A stretch of DNA of 64,000 bases from a virus. Taxonomy: Duplodnaviria; Caudoviricetes. The stretch covers positions 1 to 64,000 of IMG/VR virus record IMGVR_UViG_3300043434_000734; one strand, 5' to 3'. How positions within the stretch are numbered: the first letter of the stretch is position 1; every line of letters starts with the position of its first letter. Below the pieces are notes generated by a model. It was not told the DNA's origin. It saw only the letters and a list, made by a program, of their open reading frames with translations, and did not search any database. The translations under genes were made by a program, and so were the position numbers. Below, in pieces: positions 49,077-58,768 of this stretch.

Positions 49077-52000
49077 TATTCAGATGATTTAAACGCCCCT
49101 TTTGGTCCGTAATATTTTATTAATAAGTCTACCGCGGAATTTTGAGGTCTTAATCCGAAGTAAAATAAAAATGGTGTTGATAAAACTTGTTTATTCCCCA
49201 TATAATTTAATTTTGTTTGGAATATGAAAGATTCTCGGTAATCTTTTACGTAACTATCACTTTGTGCGGTCCATACTTGTTTTGTTCCGTTCCACAAAAC
49301 CACATATGTTGTCCCACTTAGTGGGTCTTTAGTTGTTCCTGATTGTACGTGTAACCATAAATCACCCTCAACATAACCCGTAGCCACATTAGAATCGAAT
49401 AAACCTTCAATTGTGTTGGTCGGAGCACTTAAACTAACAACTTCAAATCTTTCTAACGCATTTGTCGTGTTACCCGTAAATGAAAATGTATTATGATTAA
49501 TTGTAATTGGTTTTAACAAATACTCTTCTTCACCATCTTTCATAACGTAGTTGGTTGTGGTACTTGACTTATCACCAATAGAAAATAATCTTTGTAATTT
49601 CATCGATGCAATTTCTTTTCTATCCCAACGTTGATTATCATCATTTGAATTATATGGACCAAAACCTTCTCCACCTTTGTCCCATAAAAAGAATGGAACT
49701 TTTTGTGAATAATCACCCAACCTGAAATTCAAACATTGTCTTATAAATGCACCATTAATATCTAATTTTAAATCAATAGGTGTTGCACCATAATTTCCAT
49801 TGATGTCCTTAAAATATGTTGCAAAATATGGGTCTTCTGGATCCATTAATTCACCATTATAAAGAAAATATTGTGGACTATCTAAATCAAATGCCTCTAT
49901 ACCTACCTCACAATTTATTGACATTAATTGTGTTATGTCCCCATCGATAATTCCGATATTATCACCTAAACCTTCTCCAGTGAAGAAATCGCCCACATCG
50001 AAATTACCGTTAGCGGTATCCATTCTATAATTAATTGCGTGTTCAACAATATTTGCCGGATCTTGATATGACGTTGCCGTAATATCTCGTATCACCGAAC
50101 AAGTTGGGTCGATTCTTGGGTCTTGACAAATTTCATATAAAAACTCATCTCTTACTCCAACATCATAAAACGTAGTAGGGTGTAAAATTTCTTTATACTT
50201 TACTGTATTGTCGTTATTCCTATATACTTGTCCTAAAAAACCCGCATCAGGATTATATGGTGTCGTTCTATAATAAAACGTTTCATCCAATACATTAAAG
50301 AAAACTAATTCTCTTGGGAATTTAGAACCTCTTTGACTTAAATCACGAATTGTTCTGTTATCCCATTTTATTTTTTTATCAAACTTAAAGAAATAAAGCA
50401 TTCCGTGTAACCAATTGTCGATAAACGAATAATTTGTTACTCCTCCACAAAAATTAATTCCTACCCTTTTTCTTCTATACCATTCTTTTAAAATTGTCCA
50501 ATTACGATTTTTCCCATCAATAACAGGAACAATAATAACAACACCATCTCTTATTTCTGATAAACCTGATTTTGTTTTTTTGTTAAAGGTTAACAAATCA
50601 CCACCATCAATTCTACATCTTTCAGGTAATCTTAGTGTATCTAAATCACCACCAACTGAAGACGCTAATGTCCATTGTGGACCTGGAGATGTAAGTGATT
50701 CTGTATATGGTGAACCTGTATAGTATGGTTTACCCTTTTTAAAATTAGGTCGATAATTTGCACCCCAATCTTTAAGTATGTCTAAATCTTGACCACCAGC
50801 ATAATTTGATGGTGTTAGTGGTGAACCGTACCCCGTACCTCCACTTATCCAAATGTAGGTATGTGTGTTATTCGGTTCATCATAAAATTTGTCATATTTT
50901 GCACACCCCTGTTCGACGTTAAACGAATTACTAACAACGGGTGTACCAGTATCGGGATCTGTTGTACATTCTTCACAATCGGGATATGTTGTTAATGGTA
51001 AAATCATTTGGCCCGCTTCCATCATACGTAATCCGGGTCTCGATAACGAATCTCTACCAAAATCGGCTAATGCGTGTCCAACAAATGGTAAATCAATTTG
51101 TCTTAGTGACCTACCCGCAAACCACAATGCCGATCCAACCGATTCATAAACAAATAAAGAAACGACCGCAAATATATATTGAATAAATGTGATAATTTCA
51201 GATAAGATTAACCCAAATTTAATTCTATTTCTAAATGCGAAATTTGTTGGTATATAATTAGCATTACCAGTACAGTCATCTTCGGCATTTGGTCTAATTT
51301 CTTTTATACCCAAGAACGCGTCTCTTCTTGATAACCCTAAAAAACTTTCGACCGCAGATACTTCATAGTGTGAACCTTGAAATGATGAGGGGGTATAAAC
51401 TTTACCAAAAATAAATTTATAGAAAACATCTTCAGGTATACCATTATTGTTAGTACCCAACATTAAATCTAATTTGTGTTTTCTCCAAGCAATCGCAGTT
51501 GGTGTATTTTGATTTGTACCGCTATTACCCATTGCTTGGAATGTCATCCCACTTTGAGGTGCAATTTTTAAATAGTCTTCAAACACATTTGAAAATTGGT
51601 AGGTGGTTAAAAATGATTCCTCATATTCACCATAATAATTACCTCCATTAATTAAATCATCATTAAATTCTCTGATTTGTGGGACTAAGTATTTCGCTGT
51701 TCCTGTTTTTACATTATCAGCATCTAAACTAAATCTAAATCTGGCAATTGCCGTTGTTGGTATACCTTTATTGTGGTCGTTTGTTAATTCTTGTTCACCA
51801 AATTGATTAGTGTAAACATATTCCAAATTCATCGGTAGTACAATCATTGAGGTACCGTTCTCGTCAATTGTTTCTGTAATATTGTAGTATTGTAATTCAG
51901 GATAAAGAGTTACACCGTCCGAACCATATACTTTTCTACCTGTTTGTCTAACACATTCAATTTTACCAGTAGTTGTTTGTAAATTACATTTATAACCACT

Positions 52001-52831
52001 TTTTCTTCTAATAACACCCGTTCTTTTTATCGCGTCTTCGTCATCGTCAGTAATTGATGAGGCTAATATTAAAGATATCGGTTCAATTTTGATACCTGTT
52101 TCCGACATATCAAAATCACTTCTTGTAATTCCAATTTCACACATTTCCTCATTACCCCAAAATGGGTAAACTTGAATGGTCTTATCGTATGATATTATTT
52201 GTGGTAAACCATCAATATCCGTACTTGATTTAAATTTATAATATCTATCAAAATCATCAGCACCCCTACCTTTTTTAATAAAGTCGTATGGTCTTAATGA
52301 AAAACAACCTATATCTGATAAATCAATATCTACGTGTAATGTTTGTTCACCAGTAGGTACTCCCCAAATCATAAAGTCACCAGACTCATTTGTTTTAACC
52401 GTAAATCTATAATAACTCTCATAGACCTCTAATACTTCTTCTCTTGTTAAAATGTCAGATTGGTCAGGAAAAGTACCAACGGGGGTATGTCCACCGTGTT
52501 GTTGTCTTTTTGGTAATAAATTATAACGAATGTTATCATCATTTCTCATAGTTGTGTCCGTATATGGATACAATTTAGAAATAACCGGGTCATCTACGTC
52601 ACTATCTTTTTGTTTAACGAATATCGAAACTCTTACGTTTGGGATACCGAAACCGTCGTTAGCAGTAATTCTACCACAAACAACTCCATAATCAGAACAC
52701 ATCGACGTATATATGTCTTGTTGTGAAAACTTTAAAGACAAAATTTCCAATACATCGAAATCTTGTTTCAATTCTACCGTAATCTTTTGGTCTTTACCAA
52801 TATTTGTTGAAATTCTGTGTTTTTGAATCAT
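49076..52831 (-). CDS. Large putative baseplate/tail protein
   Basis: 1251 aa; N-terminal VCGRITAND..GIPNVRVSIF / TNESGDFMIWGVP.G prealbumin-like (carboxypeptidase-regulatory-like) beta domain; directly downstream of the gp6-like gene. Confidence 0.6.
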   Translation of the reverse strand: MIQKHRISTNIGKDQKITVELKQDFDVLEILSLKFSQQDIYTSMCSDYGVVCGRITANDGFGIPNVRVSIFVKQKDSDVDDPVISKLYPYTDTTMRNDDNIRYNLLPKRQQHGGHTPVGTFPDQSDILTREEVLEVYESYYRFTVKTNESGDFMIWGVPTGEQTLHVDIDLSDIGCFSLRPYDFIKKGRGADDFDRYYKFKSSTDIDGLPQIISYDKTIQVYPFWGNEEMCEIGITRSDFDMSETGIKIEPISLILASSITDDDEDAIKRTGVIRRKSGYKCNLQTTTGKIECVRQTGRKVYGSDGVTLYPELQYYNITETIDENGTSMIVLPMNLEYVYTNQFGEQELTNDHNKGIPTTAIARFRFSLDADNVKTGTAKYLVPQIREFNDDLINGGNYYGEYEESFLTTYQFSNVFEDYLKIAPQSGMTFQAMGNSGTNQNTPTAIAWRKHKLDLMLGTNNNGIPEDVFYKFIFGKVYTPSSFQGSHYEVSAVESFLGLSRRDAFLGIKEIRPNAEDDCTGNANYIPTNFAFRNRIKFGLILSEIITFIQYIFAVVSLFVYESVGSALWFAGRSLRQIDLPFVGHALADFGRDSLSRPGLRMMEAGQMILPLTTYPDCEECTTDPDTGTPVVSNSFNVEQGCAKYDKFYDEPNNTHTYIWISGGTGYGSPLTPSNYAGGQDLDILKDWGANYRPNFKKGKPYYTGSPYTESLTSPGPQWTLASSVGGDLDTLRLPERCRIDGGDLLTFNKKTKSGLSEIRDGVVIIVPVIDGKNRNWTILKEWYRRKRVGINFCGGVTNYSFIDNWLHGMLYFFKFDKKIKWDNRTIRDLSQRGSKFPRELVFFNVLDETFYYRTTPYNPDAGFLGQVYRNNDNTVKYKEILHPTTFYDVGVRDEFLYEICQDPRIDPTCSVIRDITATSYQDPANIVEHAINYRMDTANGNFDVGDFFTGEGLGDNIGIIDGDITQLMSINCEVGIEAFDLDSPQYFLYNGELMDPEDPYFATYFKDINGNYGATPIDLKLDINGAFIRQCLNFRLGDYSQKVPFFLWDKGGEGFGPYNSNDDNQRWDRKEIASMKLQRLFSIGDKSSTTTNYVMKDGEEEYLLKPITINHNTFSFTGNTTNALERFEVVSLSAPTNTIEGLFDSNVATGYVEGDLWLHVQSGTTKDPLSGTTYVVLWNGTKQVWTAQSDSYVKDYRESFIFQTKLNYMGNKQVLSTPFLFYFGLRPQNSAVDLLIKYYGPKGAFKSSE

Positions 52832-52898
52832 TCTTATAATAAATAGAAACTAAGCGATTTTCTATTATTATAACTAAAAAACATTTTAAAATGTAGGG

Positions 52899-54731
52899 TT
52901 AAAAAGTACTACCGCCTAAAGTTTTAACTCTTATTTTAATGTCTTTATTTGGGTATCTAATTTGAAATATTTGATTGGATTTCATAAATACTACACTTTC
53001 AGACTGTCTTATTTGTTTCGTGGTATTATCGATATAAGTTTGTGAGACTTCAGCAGATGAATAACCACTACCTGTTTTATTGAAAACTCTAATATCAATA
53101 ACATTCTCGACACCAGAAACAGTGCCAATTATTTTATTTAACGCACCCACAAATAACGGGTCACCCATTTTTCTCTTCTCAATTGCAAAGAAGTTAACCA
53201 CATCTTCAATCACCGTCTTGATGATATCTGTTTGACTTTCATTTTTATTGATTGTCAAATCAATTTCCAATCCTAAATCAATAACCTCACCAGTAACGAC
53301 GTCGATATAATCATTAATCATTCTATATTCTGAAAGATAATTTAATATGTTATTTTTCAATGTGTTAGACACGACGTCGGTTAAATTACCACTTTCATCA
53401 TATGACAATAATTTAATACGAATCTTATTATCTTCTTCCATCACGTTAACTTTCGCAGGTGCACCATACGTTGATGGCATAGTTTCAATCAACGTTTTAT
53501 AGTCATTTAACGTAACTGCTCTATTTTGTGCCGAAAAATTATAAGAAACCATATTACGTATTTCTTCTATTGTTGGTTGGTCTGCCCCGCCAACTGCCGG
53601 TGTAATATTAGTGACTCTTAATGAGTTCACTACTTGTGTATTTGTGGTTGAATTGGGTCCTGTTACATTAAATTCCACATCATCGACTGTTTGAATGACG
53701 TTTACACCTAAATTCGAATCTTTACCACCACCAACACGATATTTGACAAATAATGTGGTATTTGTTTTTGGTATCGCACCCAATGACATATTATTTAAAT
53801 AACTAGCAAGGTTTACTTTCATATCACCACTCATATAGTTATCTAAATTATCCAAAGGATTAACCGTTCCCGAACCGAATGTGATTGAAAAATAACTCTC
53901 AGGTGTATATTCTGTAACAAATTTATTATTAACATTTAAATAGGTTCCCGATTTAAAATTAGGTCTATCTTGTTCACCTGTTGGGTCGGGTATAAACACT
54001 TTATCTTCAATTAAAGATTTAACTTCGTACCACTTATTAGTTGACGACGCAAATTCGTTACTTGTTGGGTTACCGGCAAACGTTGTACCATCTTTATGTA
54101 TTATACTTGTCACACCTAAAACGTTTTGTTCGGGTAGGTAAAGTTTTAAAAATGGTTTTTGATCCACTTGATTTATTACTCTTCTGAAAATTTTAGTTGT
54201 TCCGTTAACCACCGCCTCTCTTTTAGTTATGGTATAGGATAACAATCTATTGTTACTATCAAAATTCGGTATTTTTAACCTATTCGTCTCACCTTTACTA
54301 TTGTACGGTAATGAGAAATCAATATCTTCAATCGTTTCAAATACTTGACCTCCGCCAGAAACTTGTGCACCTGCTTTTAATATACCTAAATAACGTAAAT
54401 CCTCTTTATCACCACTAACAGGTACATTTATTGAGAAGTCACATAGTGCTACTGACGGTCTAACTCCTGGTAATCTAATACCGTAAGTTTTTGCAATATG
54501 AAATAATGATTGTCTTTGTTGTGCAAAATCCAACATAGTCTCTTGCCAAACTCTATCGATATGAAAGTGTAAGTTATCAGCAACCGCAGCATTAATATCT
54601 AATAAGACTGAATAGATTGATGCGTCGTTAAAATTTTTAACCAAATCAGGATAATAATCCTTAGTTAAGTTAACTAATTCGTTTCTTAATCCCGCAAAAT
54701 CTCTGGTTGCGTATGATATTTTCTTACTCAT
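52899..54731 (-). CDS. Baseplate wedge protein (T4 gp6 / baseplate J-like)
   Basis: RDFAGLRNEL and GGADQPTIEEIR....FSAQNRAVTLNDY signature. Confidence 0.9.
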   Translation of the reverse strand: MSKKISYATRDFAGLRNELVNLTKDYYPDLVKNFNDASIYSVLLDINAAVADNLHFHIDRVWQETMLDFAQQRQSLFHIAKTYGIRLPGVRPSVALCDFSINVPVSGDKEDLRYLGILKAGAQVSGGGQVFETIEDIDFSLPYNSKGETNRLKIPNFDSNNRLLSYTITKREAVVNGTTKIFRRVINQVDQKPFLKLYLPEQNVLGVTSIIHKDGTTFAGNPTSNEFASSTNKWYEVKSLIEDKVFIPDPTGEQDRPNFKSGTYLNVNNKFVTEYTPESYFSITFGSGTVNPLDNLDNYMSGDMKVNLASYLNNMSLGAIPKTNTTLFVKYRVGGGKDSNLGVNVIQTVDDVEFNVTGPNSTTNTQVVNSLRVTNITPAVGGADQPTIEEIRNMVSYNFSAQNRAVTLNDYKTLIETMPSTYGAPAKVNVMEEDNKIRIKLLSYDESGNLTDVVSNTLKNNILNYLSEYRMINDYIDVVTGEVIDLGLEIDLTINKNESQTDIIKTVIEDVVNFFAIEKRKMGDPLFVGALNKIIGTVSGVENVIDIRVFNKTGSGYSSAEVSQTYIDNTTKQIRQSESVVFMKSNQIFQIRYPNKDIKIRVKTLGGSTF

Positions 54732-54732
54732 A

Positions 54733-55182
54733 TTATATGTTTATAATTACAAAATCGGATGATGAAAAGGCTCCGTTATTTACCGTATAATTTATTCTTA
54801 CTTTAGCAGTATATGGTTTAGTTGAGTAGTCGGAGACCCTAAATAATCTCTCATCTTCCATTTGACTTATTGTTACATCTTGATTCGGGTCCTCTTCTGC
54901 TGAGACAATATCTATAGAATTAATTTCTAAATTTGGTATGTATTTTTTCACACCTTCTCTTATCTCGTCCTCAATTAAACTAAAGGTCACCATATCGTTT
55001 TGGTCAAAAATATACTCATATATTCTGGTACCGAAATCGGGTAAAAAATATCTACTTCCTTTTTTTGTTAATAAAAGATGTATCAAATTAGCCCTAACTT
55101 CTCTTTCAGGTGTTTCAGTTAAACTAAGGTAGTCACCTTTTAAACTATCTCTAAATGGAAAATCTATACCATATGTTGTCAT
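54733..55182 (-). CDS. Baseplate protein, gp25/GPW family
   Basis: VRANLIHLLLTKKGSRYFLPDFGT signature; adjacent to the gp6-like gene. Confidence 0.9.
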   Translation of the reverse strand: MTTYGIDFPFRDSLKGDYLSLTETPEREVRANLIHLLLTKKGSRYFLPDFGTRIYEYIFDQNDMVTFSLIEDEIREGVKKYIPNLEINSIDIVSAEEDPNQDVTISQMEDERLFRVSDYSTKPYTAKVRINYTVNNGAFSSSDFVIINI

Positions 55183-55220
55183 ACTCTATAAATATAAACT
55201 ATTATAAAATGGTAATAAAT

Positions 55221-55246
55221 AAAAAATCCCGACCAAAGTCAGGATT
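55221..55246 (-). terminator. Intrinsic terminator closing the nrd operon
   Basis: AAUCCUGAC-UUUG-GUCGGGAUU followed by U4 on the minus strand. Confidence 0.8.
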
Positions 55247-55340
55247 AATTAGTGTCTTGATATTCACCTCCTTTATTCTCGAGACCTGGAATCTAAAAGT
55301 ACCACTATCATAGGGATGTACTTTTAGGAGATCTTCCATT
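55247..55340 (-). ncRNA. Candidate structured RNA between nrdA and its terminator, with a perfect Shine-Dalgarno sequence
   Basis: Perfect 10-bp stem CTAAAAGTAC/GTACTTTTAG (55293-55302 / 55318-55327), outer UGGAA/UUCCA pairing, palindrome TCTCGAGA, and AAGGAGGUGA (55264-55273) with no canonical start codon downstream. Confidence 0.4.
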
Positions 55341-55344
55341 ATTT

Positions 55345-57777
55345 TTATGAACCACAACCCTCACATTCGAATGGTGAATCTGTCGGTCTATCAGATGTCA
55401 TCACCAATTCTGGAGTTTGTTCACTTATTAAAGTATTATTTGTAGGTACTTCTACATTATTAACTGAAGATGTAATTTCGATAGGTTTAGTTGATGATGT
55501 GTCAACACCTAACCCTTTCAACGCGTCAACAGCTGCTCTCGTTCTTAAATAATACATACCCGTTTTTAAACCTAACTTCCAACCAAATAAATGTGCGGCT
55601 AATAATTTTGCCTTAGTTGCGTCAGCTATGAATAAATTCAACGACTGTGATTGATCAATAAAAATACTTCTATTTGCCGCCATTTGTAAAATTCTTTTTT
55701 GTGACATTTCCCAAACAGTTTTATAGACCTCTTTTAATTGGGTAGGGATTTCAGGGATATTTTGGACTGATCCGTTTTCCATTATTAATTTCTTTTTAAT
55801 GTCTTCGTTCCACATCCCAAGATTTAATAAATCATTAACTAAGTGTTTATTAATCATAATAAACTCACCACTCAAAGTACGACGAGAATATAAATTGGTA
55901 GTAAATGGCTCAAATGCTTCGTTGTTACCTAAAATTTGAGCGGTGGATGCGGTGGGCATTGGTGCAACTAATAATGAATTTCTGATACCATAATCCTTTA
56001 CTTCATTTCTCAAAGTTTCCCAATCCCAACGACCAGATAAATCTGAATCTTTTTTACCCCACATTTCAAATTGAAAAATCCCTTTTTCAATTGGTGATCC
56101 GACAATTGTTTCATACGGACCAACTTCTTTCGATAAATCTTTTGACGACGTTAATGCCGCAAAATAAATTGTCTCGAAAATATCGGTTTGTAATTTATCC
56201 GCTTCATCCGATTCAAATGGTAAACCTAATAAACAGAAAACATCCGCCAAACCTTGAATACCTAAACCAACTGGTCTGTGTTTGAAGTTTGAACGTTTTG
56301 TTTCTTCTGTTGGGTAGAAATTTAAATCAATAACATTATTTAAGTTTCTCACCACTTGGTATACTGAACTATATAATACGTCGTGTGAAAATTCTCCGTT
56401 TATAATATATTTTGGTAACGCTAATGATGCTAAATTACAAACCGCTTGTTCGGTTGGTGAACTATATTCAATAATTTCAGTACATAAGTTTGATGACTTA
56501 ATAGTACCTAAGTTTTTTTGATTTGATTTATAATTCGCAGGGTCTTTATATAACATATAAGGTGTACCTGTTTCAATTTGAGCTGTCAAAATGGCGTCCA
56601 TTAATTTTCTCGCTTTAACAACTTTTCTACCTAAACCTTGTTGTTCGTATGATTCATATAAACGAGTGAAGGCCTTATCTTCGGGACTGTCATATGCATC
56701 TGATAAACCAGGCGCTTCATCCGGTGAGAATAATGTCCAATCACCATCTTGTTCAACTCGTTGCATAAACAAATCTGGAGTCCACATTGCTAAAAATAAA
56801 TCTCGAGCCCTCATTTCTTCCTTACCGTGATTTTTTCTCAAATCAATAAAGTCATAAACATCAGCGTGCCACGGTTCAAGATAAATTGCAAATGAACCTT
56901 TTCGTTTACCTCCTTGATTAATCCAACGCGCAACTTCGTTATATGTTTTTAACATTGGTAACAAACCGTCAGATTCTCCACCTGTTCCCTTAATATAGGA
57001 ACCTTTAGCACGAACATCGTGTACGTGTAATCCAATACCACCAGCCCATTTAGAAATCTTCGCAACATCACCAATTGTATCGAACAACCCTTCAATATCA
57101 TCACCTTTATTTCCAATTAAAAAACAAGATGACATTTGTGGTCTCTTAGTCCCCGCATTAAATAAAGTGGGTGTTGCGTGTGTATAAAAATGTTGTGATA
57201 AATCGTCATAAATTCTTAATGCCATCTCAACATCTCCTTTACAGATACCGACAGCAACCCTCATATAAAGATATTGTGGTCTTTCCACTATACGATTACC
57301 TATTTTCAATAAGTAAGAACGTTCTAACGTTTTAATACCGAAATAATCAAAATCTAAGTCTCTTTCTTGGTGTATTGCACCATCTAAGGCCTCTTTATTT
57401 GACATTACAAAATTGTAGATTGACTCATCAATCAACGACGACTCTTTATTTGTTTTTGGTTCAATAAAAGAATAAAGTTCTTTAATCGATTGTGAAAACT
57501 TTTTTGGTGTCGTTTTATGTAAATTAGATACCGCTAATCTACCCGCTAATTTTGCGTAGTCAGGATGTGTTGTTACCATAGACGCCGCCGTTTCTGCAGC
57601 TAAAACATCCAATTCAGTTGTTGTAATACCATCGTATATACCCTGTGTTACCTTCAAGGTAACATACGTAGGGTCAATATACTCCATATTTAAATCGTGA
57701 CAAAGAACACTAATACGTTTAGTGATTTTATCATATCTCATTTCCTCAAGGGAACCATCTCTCTTTTTTACTTTCAT
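55345..57777 (-). CDS. nrdA: Ribonucleotide reductase class Ia alpha subunit with ATP cone
   Basis: VKKRDG ATP cone, ATPTLFNAG, QMSSCF, SNLCTE, APMPTAST, TGMYYLRT and C-terminal CEGC; uninterrupted. Confidence 0.97.
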   Translation of the reverse strand: MKVKKRDGSLEEMRYDKITKRISVLCHDLNMEYIDPTYVTLKVTQGIYDGITTTELDVLAAETAASMVTTHPDYAKLAGRLAVSNLHKTTPKKFSQSIKELYSFIEPKTNKESSLIDESIYNFVMSNKEALDGAIHQERDLDFDYFGIKTLERSYLLKIGNRIVERPQYLYMRVAVGICKGDVEMALRIYDDLSQHFYTHATPTLFNAGTKRPQMSSCFLIGNKGDDIEGLFDTIGDVAKISKWAGGIGLHVHDVRAKGSYIKGTGGESDGLLPMLKTYNEVARWINQGGKRKGSFAIYLEPWHADVYDFIDLRKNHGKEEMRARDLFLAMWTPDLFMQRVEQDGDWTLFSPDEAPGLSDAYDSPEDKAFTRLYESYEQQGLGRKVVKARKLMDAILTAQIETGTPYMLYKDPANYKSNQKNLGTIKSSNLCTEIIEYSSPTEQAVCNLASLALPKYIINGEFSHDVLYSSVYQVVRNLNNVIDLNFYPTEETKRSNFKHRPVGLGIQGLADVFCLLGLPFESDEADKLQTDIFETIYFAALTSSKDLSKEVGPYETIVGSPIEKGIFQFEMWGKKDSDLSGRWDWETLRNEVKDYGIRNSLLVAPMPTASTAQILGNNEAFEPFTTNLYSRRTLSGEFIMINKHLVNDLLNLGMWNEDIKKKLIMENGSVQNIPEIPTQLKEVYKTVWEMSQKRILQMAANRSIFIDQSQSLNLFIADATKAKLLAAHLFGWKLGLKTGMYYLRTRAAVDALKGLGVDTSSTKPIEITSSVNNVEVPTNNTLISEQTPELVMTSDRPTDSPFECEGCGS

Positions 57778-57793
57778 TTTCTATTTTCTAATT

Positions 57794-58762
57794 TTAAAAA
57801 TCTACGTCACCAAATGCGGAATCTAAATCTTCAGATGCATTATTAACTCCGGCTTTTTGATATTCGGCAACTCTCTTTTCGAAGAAGTTTGTTTTACCTT
57901 GTAATGCGATGTTTTGCATAAAGTCAAATGGGTTTTCTGAATTATACACTTTAGAACAACCCAAAGCAACTAATAATCTATCTGTGACGAATTCAAGATA
58001 TTGTGCCATTAAATCTGAGTTCATACCAATTAAACGAACAGGTAACGCTTCAAGAATAAATTCTTTTTCAATTTCCAACGCCCCGCAGATAATTTCTTTA
58101 ATTTTACTTTCACTTATCTTACCTTCAATATGGTTATTATAAATGTGACAAGCATAATCACAGTGCATCCCTTCGTCACGTGAAATTAATTCATTTGAAA
58201 ATGTTAATCCCGGCATAAGACCTCTTTTCTTTAACCAAAAAATTGAACAGAATGAACCTGAGAAGAAAATACCTTCTACAGCAGCAAACGCTAATAAACG
58301 TTCAACAAATGACTCTGAACCAATCCATTTTAATGCCCATTCGGCTTTCTTTTTAATAGCAGGAATCGTATCAATCGCATTAAACAGATGTGTTTGTTCT
58401 TCTCTATCCTTAACTAATGTATCGATTAATAATGAATACGTTTCACTGTGAATGTTTTCCATCATTATTTGAAATCCGTAAAAAAACTTGGCCTCGGTAT
58501 ATTGAACTTCATTTACGAAATTCATTGCTAAATTTTCATTTACAATTCCATCCGATGCGGCAAAGAACGCTAACACATTTTTAATGAAATGTTGTTCATC
58601 AGCATTAAGTTTATTATCCCAATCGGAAATATCTTGACTTAAGTCAATTTCTTCCGCCGTCCAAAACGACGCCTCTGATTGTTTATAGAACTTCCACAAG
58701 TCGTGGTGTTCGATAGGGAATAGGACGAACCTATTAGGATTGTCTTGTAAAATTTTTTCCAT
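57794..58762 (-). CDS. nrdB: Ribonucleotide reductase class Ia beta subunit
   Basis: [38 protein letters not shown] and NFFE. Confidence 0.97.
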   Translation of the reverse strand: MEKILQDNPNRFVLFPIEHHDLWKFYKQSEASFWTAEEIDLSQDISDWDNKLNADEQHFIKNVLAFFAASDGIVNENLAMNFVNEVQYTEAKFFYGFQIMMENIHSETYSLLIDTLVKDREEQTHLFNAIDTIPAIKKKAEWALKWIGSESFVERLLAFAAVEGIFFSGSFCSIFWLKKRGLMPGLTFSNELISRDEGMHCDYACHIYNNHIEGKISESKIKEIICGALEIEKEFILEALPVRLIGMNSDLMAQYLEFVTDRLLVALGCSKVYNSENPFDFMQNIALQGKTNFFEKRVAEYQKAGVNNASEDLDSAFGDVDF

Positions 58763-58768
58763 TGTTTT

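Noticed and set aside
55202-55339. 45-codon ORF after nrdA (MEDLLKVHPY...)
   Set aside because: It runs through the terminator stem and has no recognisable motif; kept only as an alternative to the RNA interpretation.
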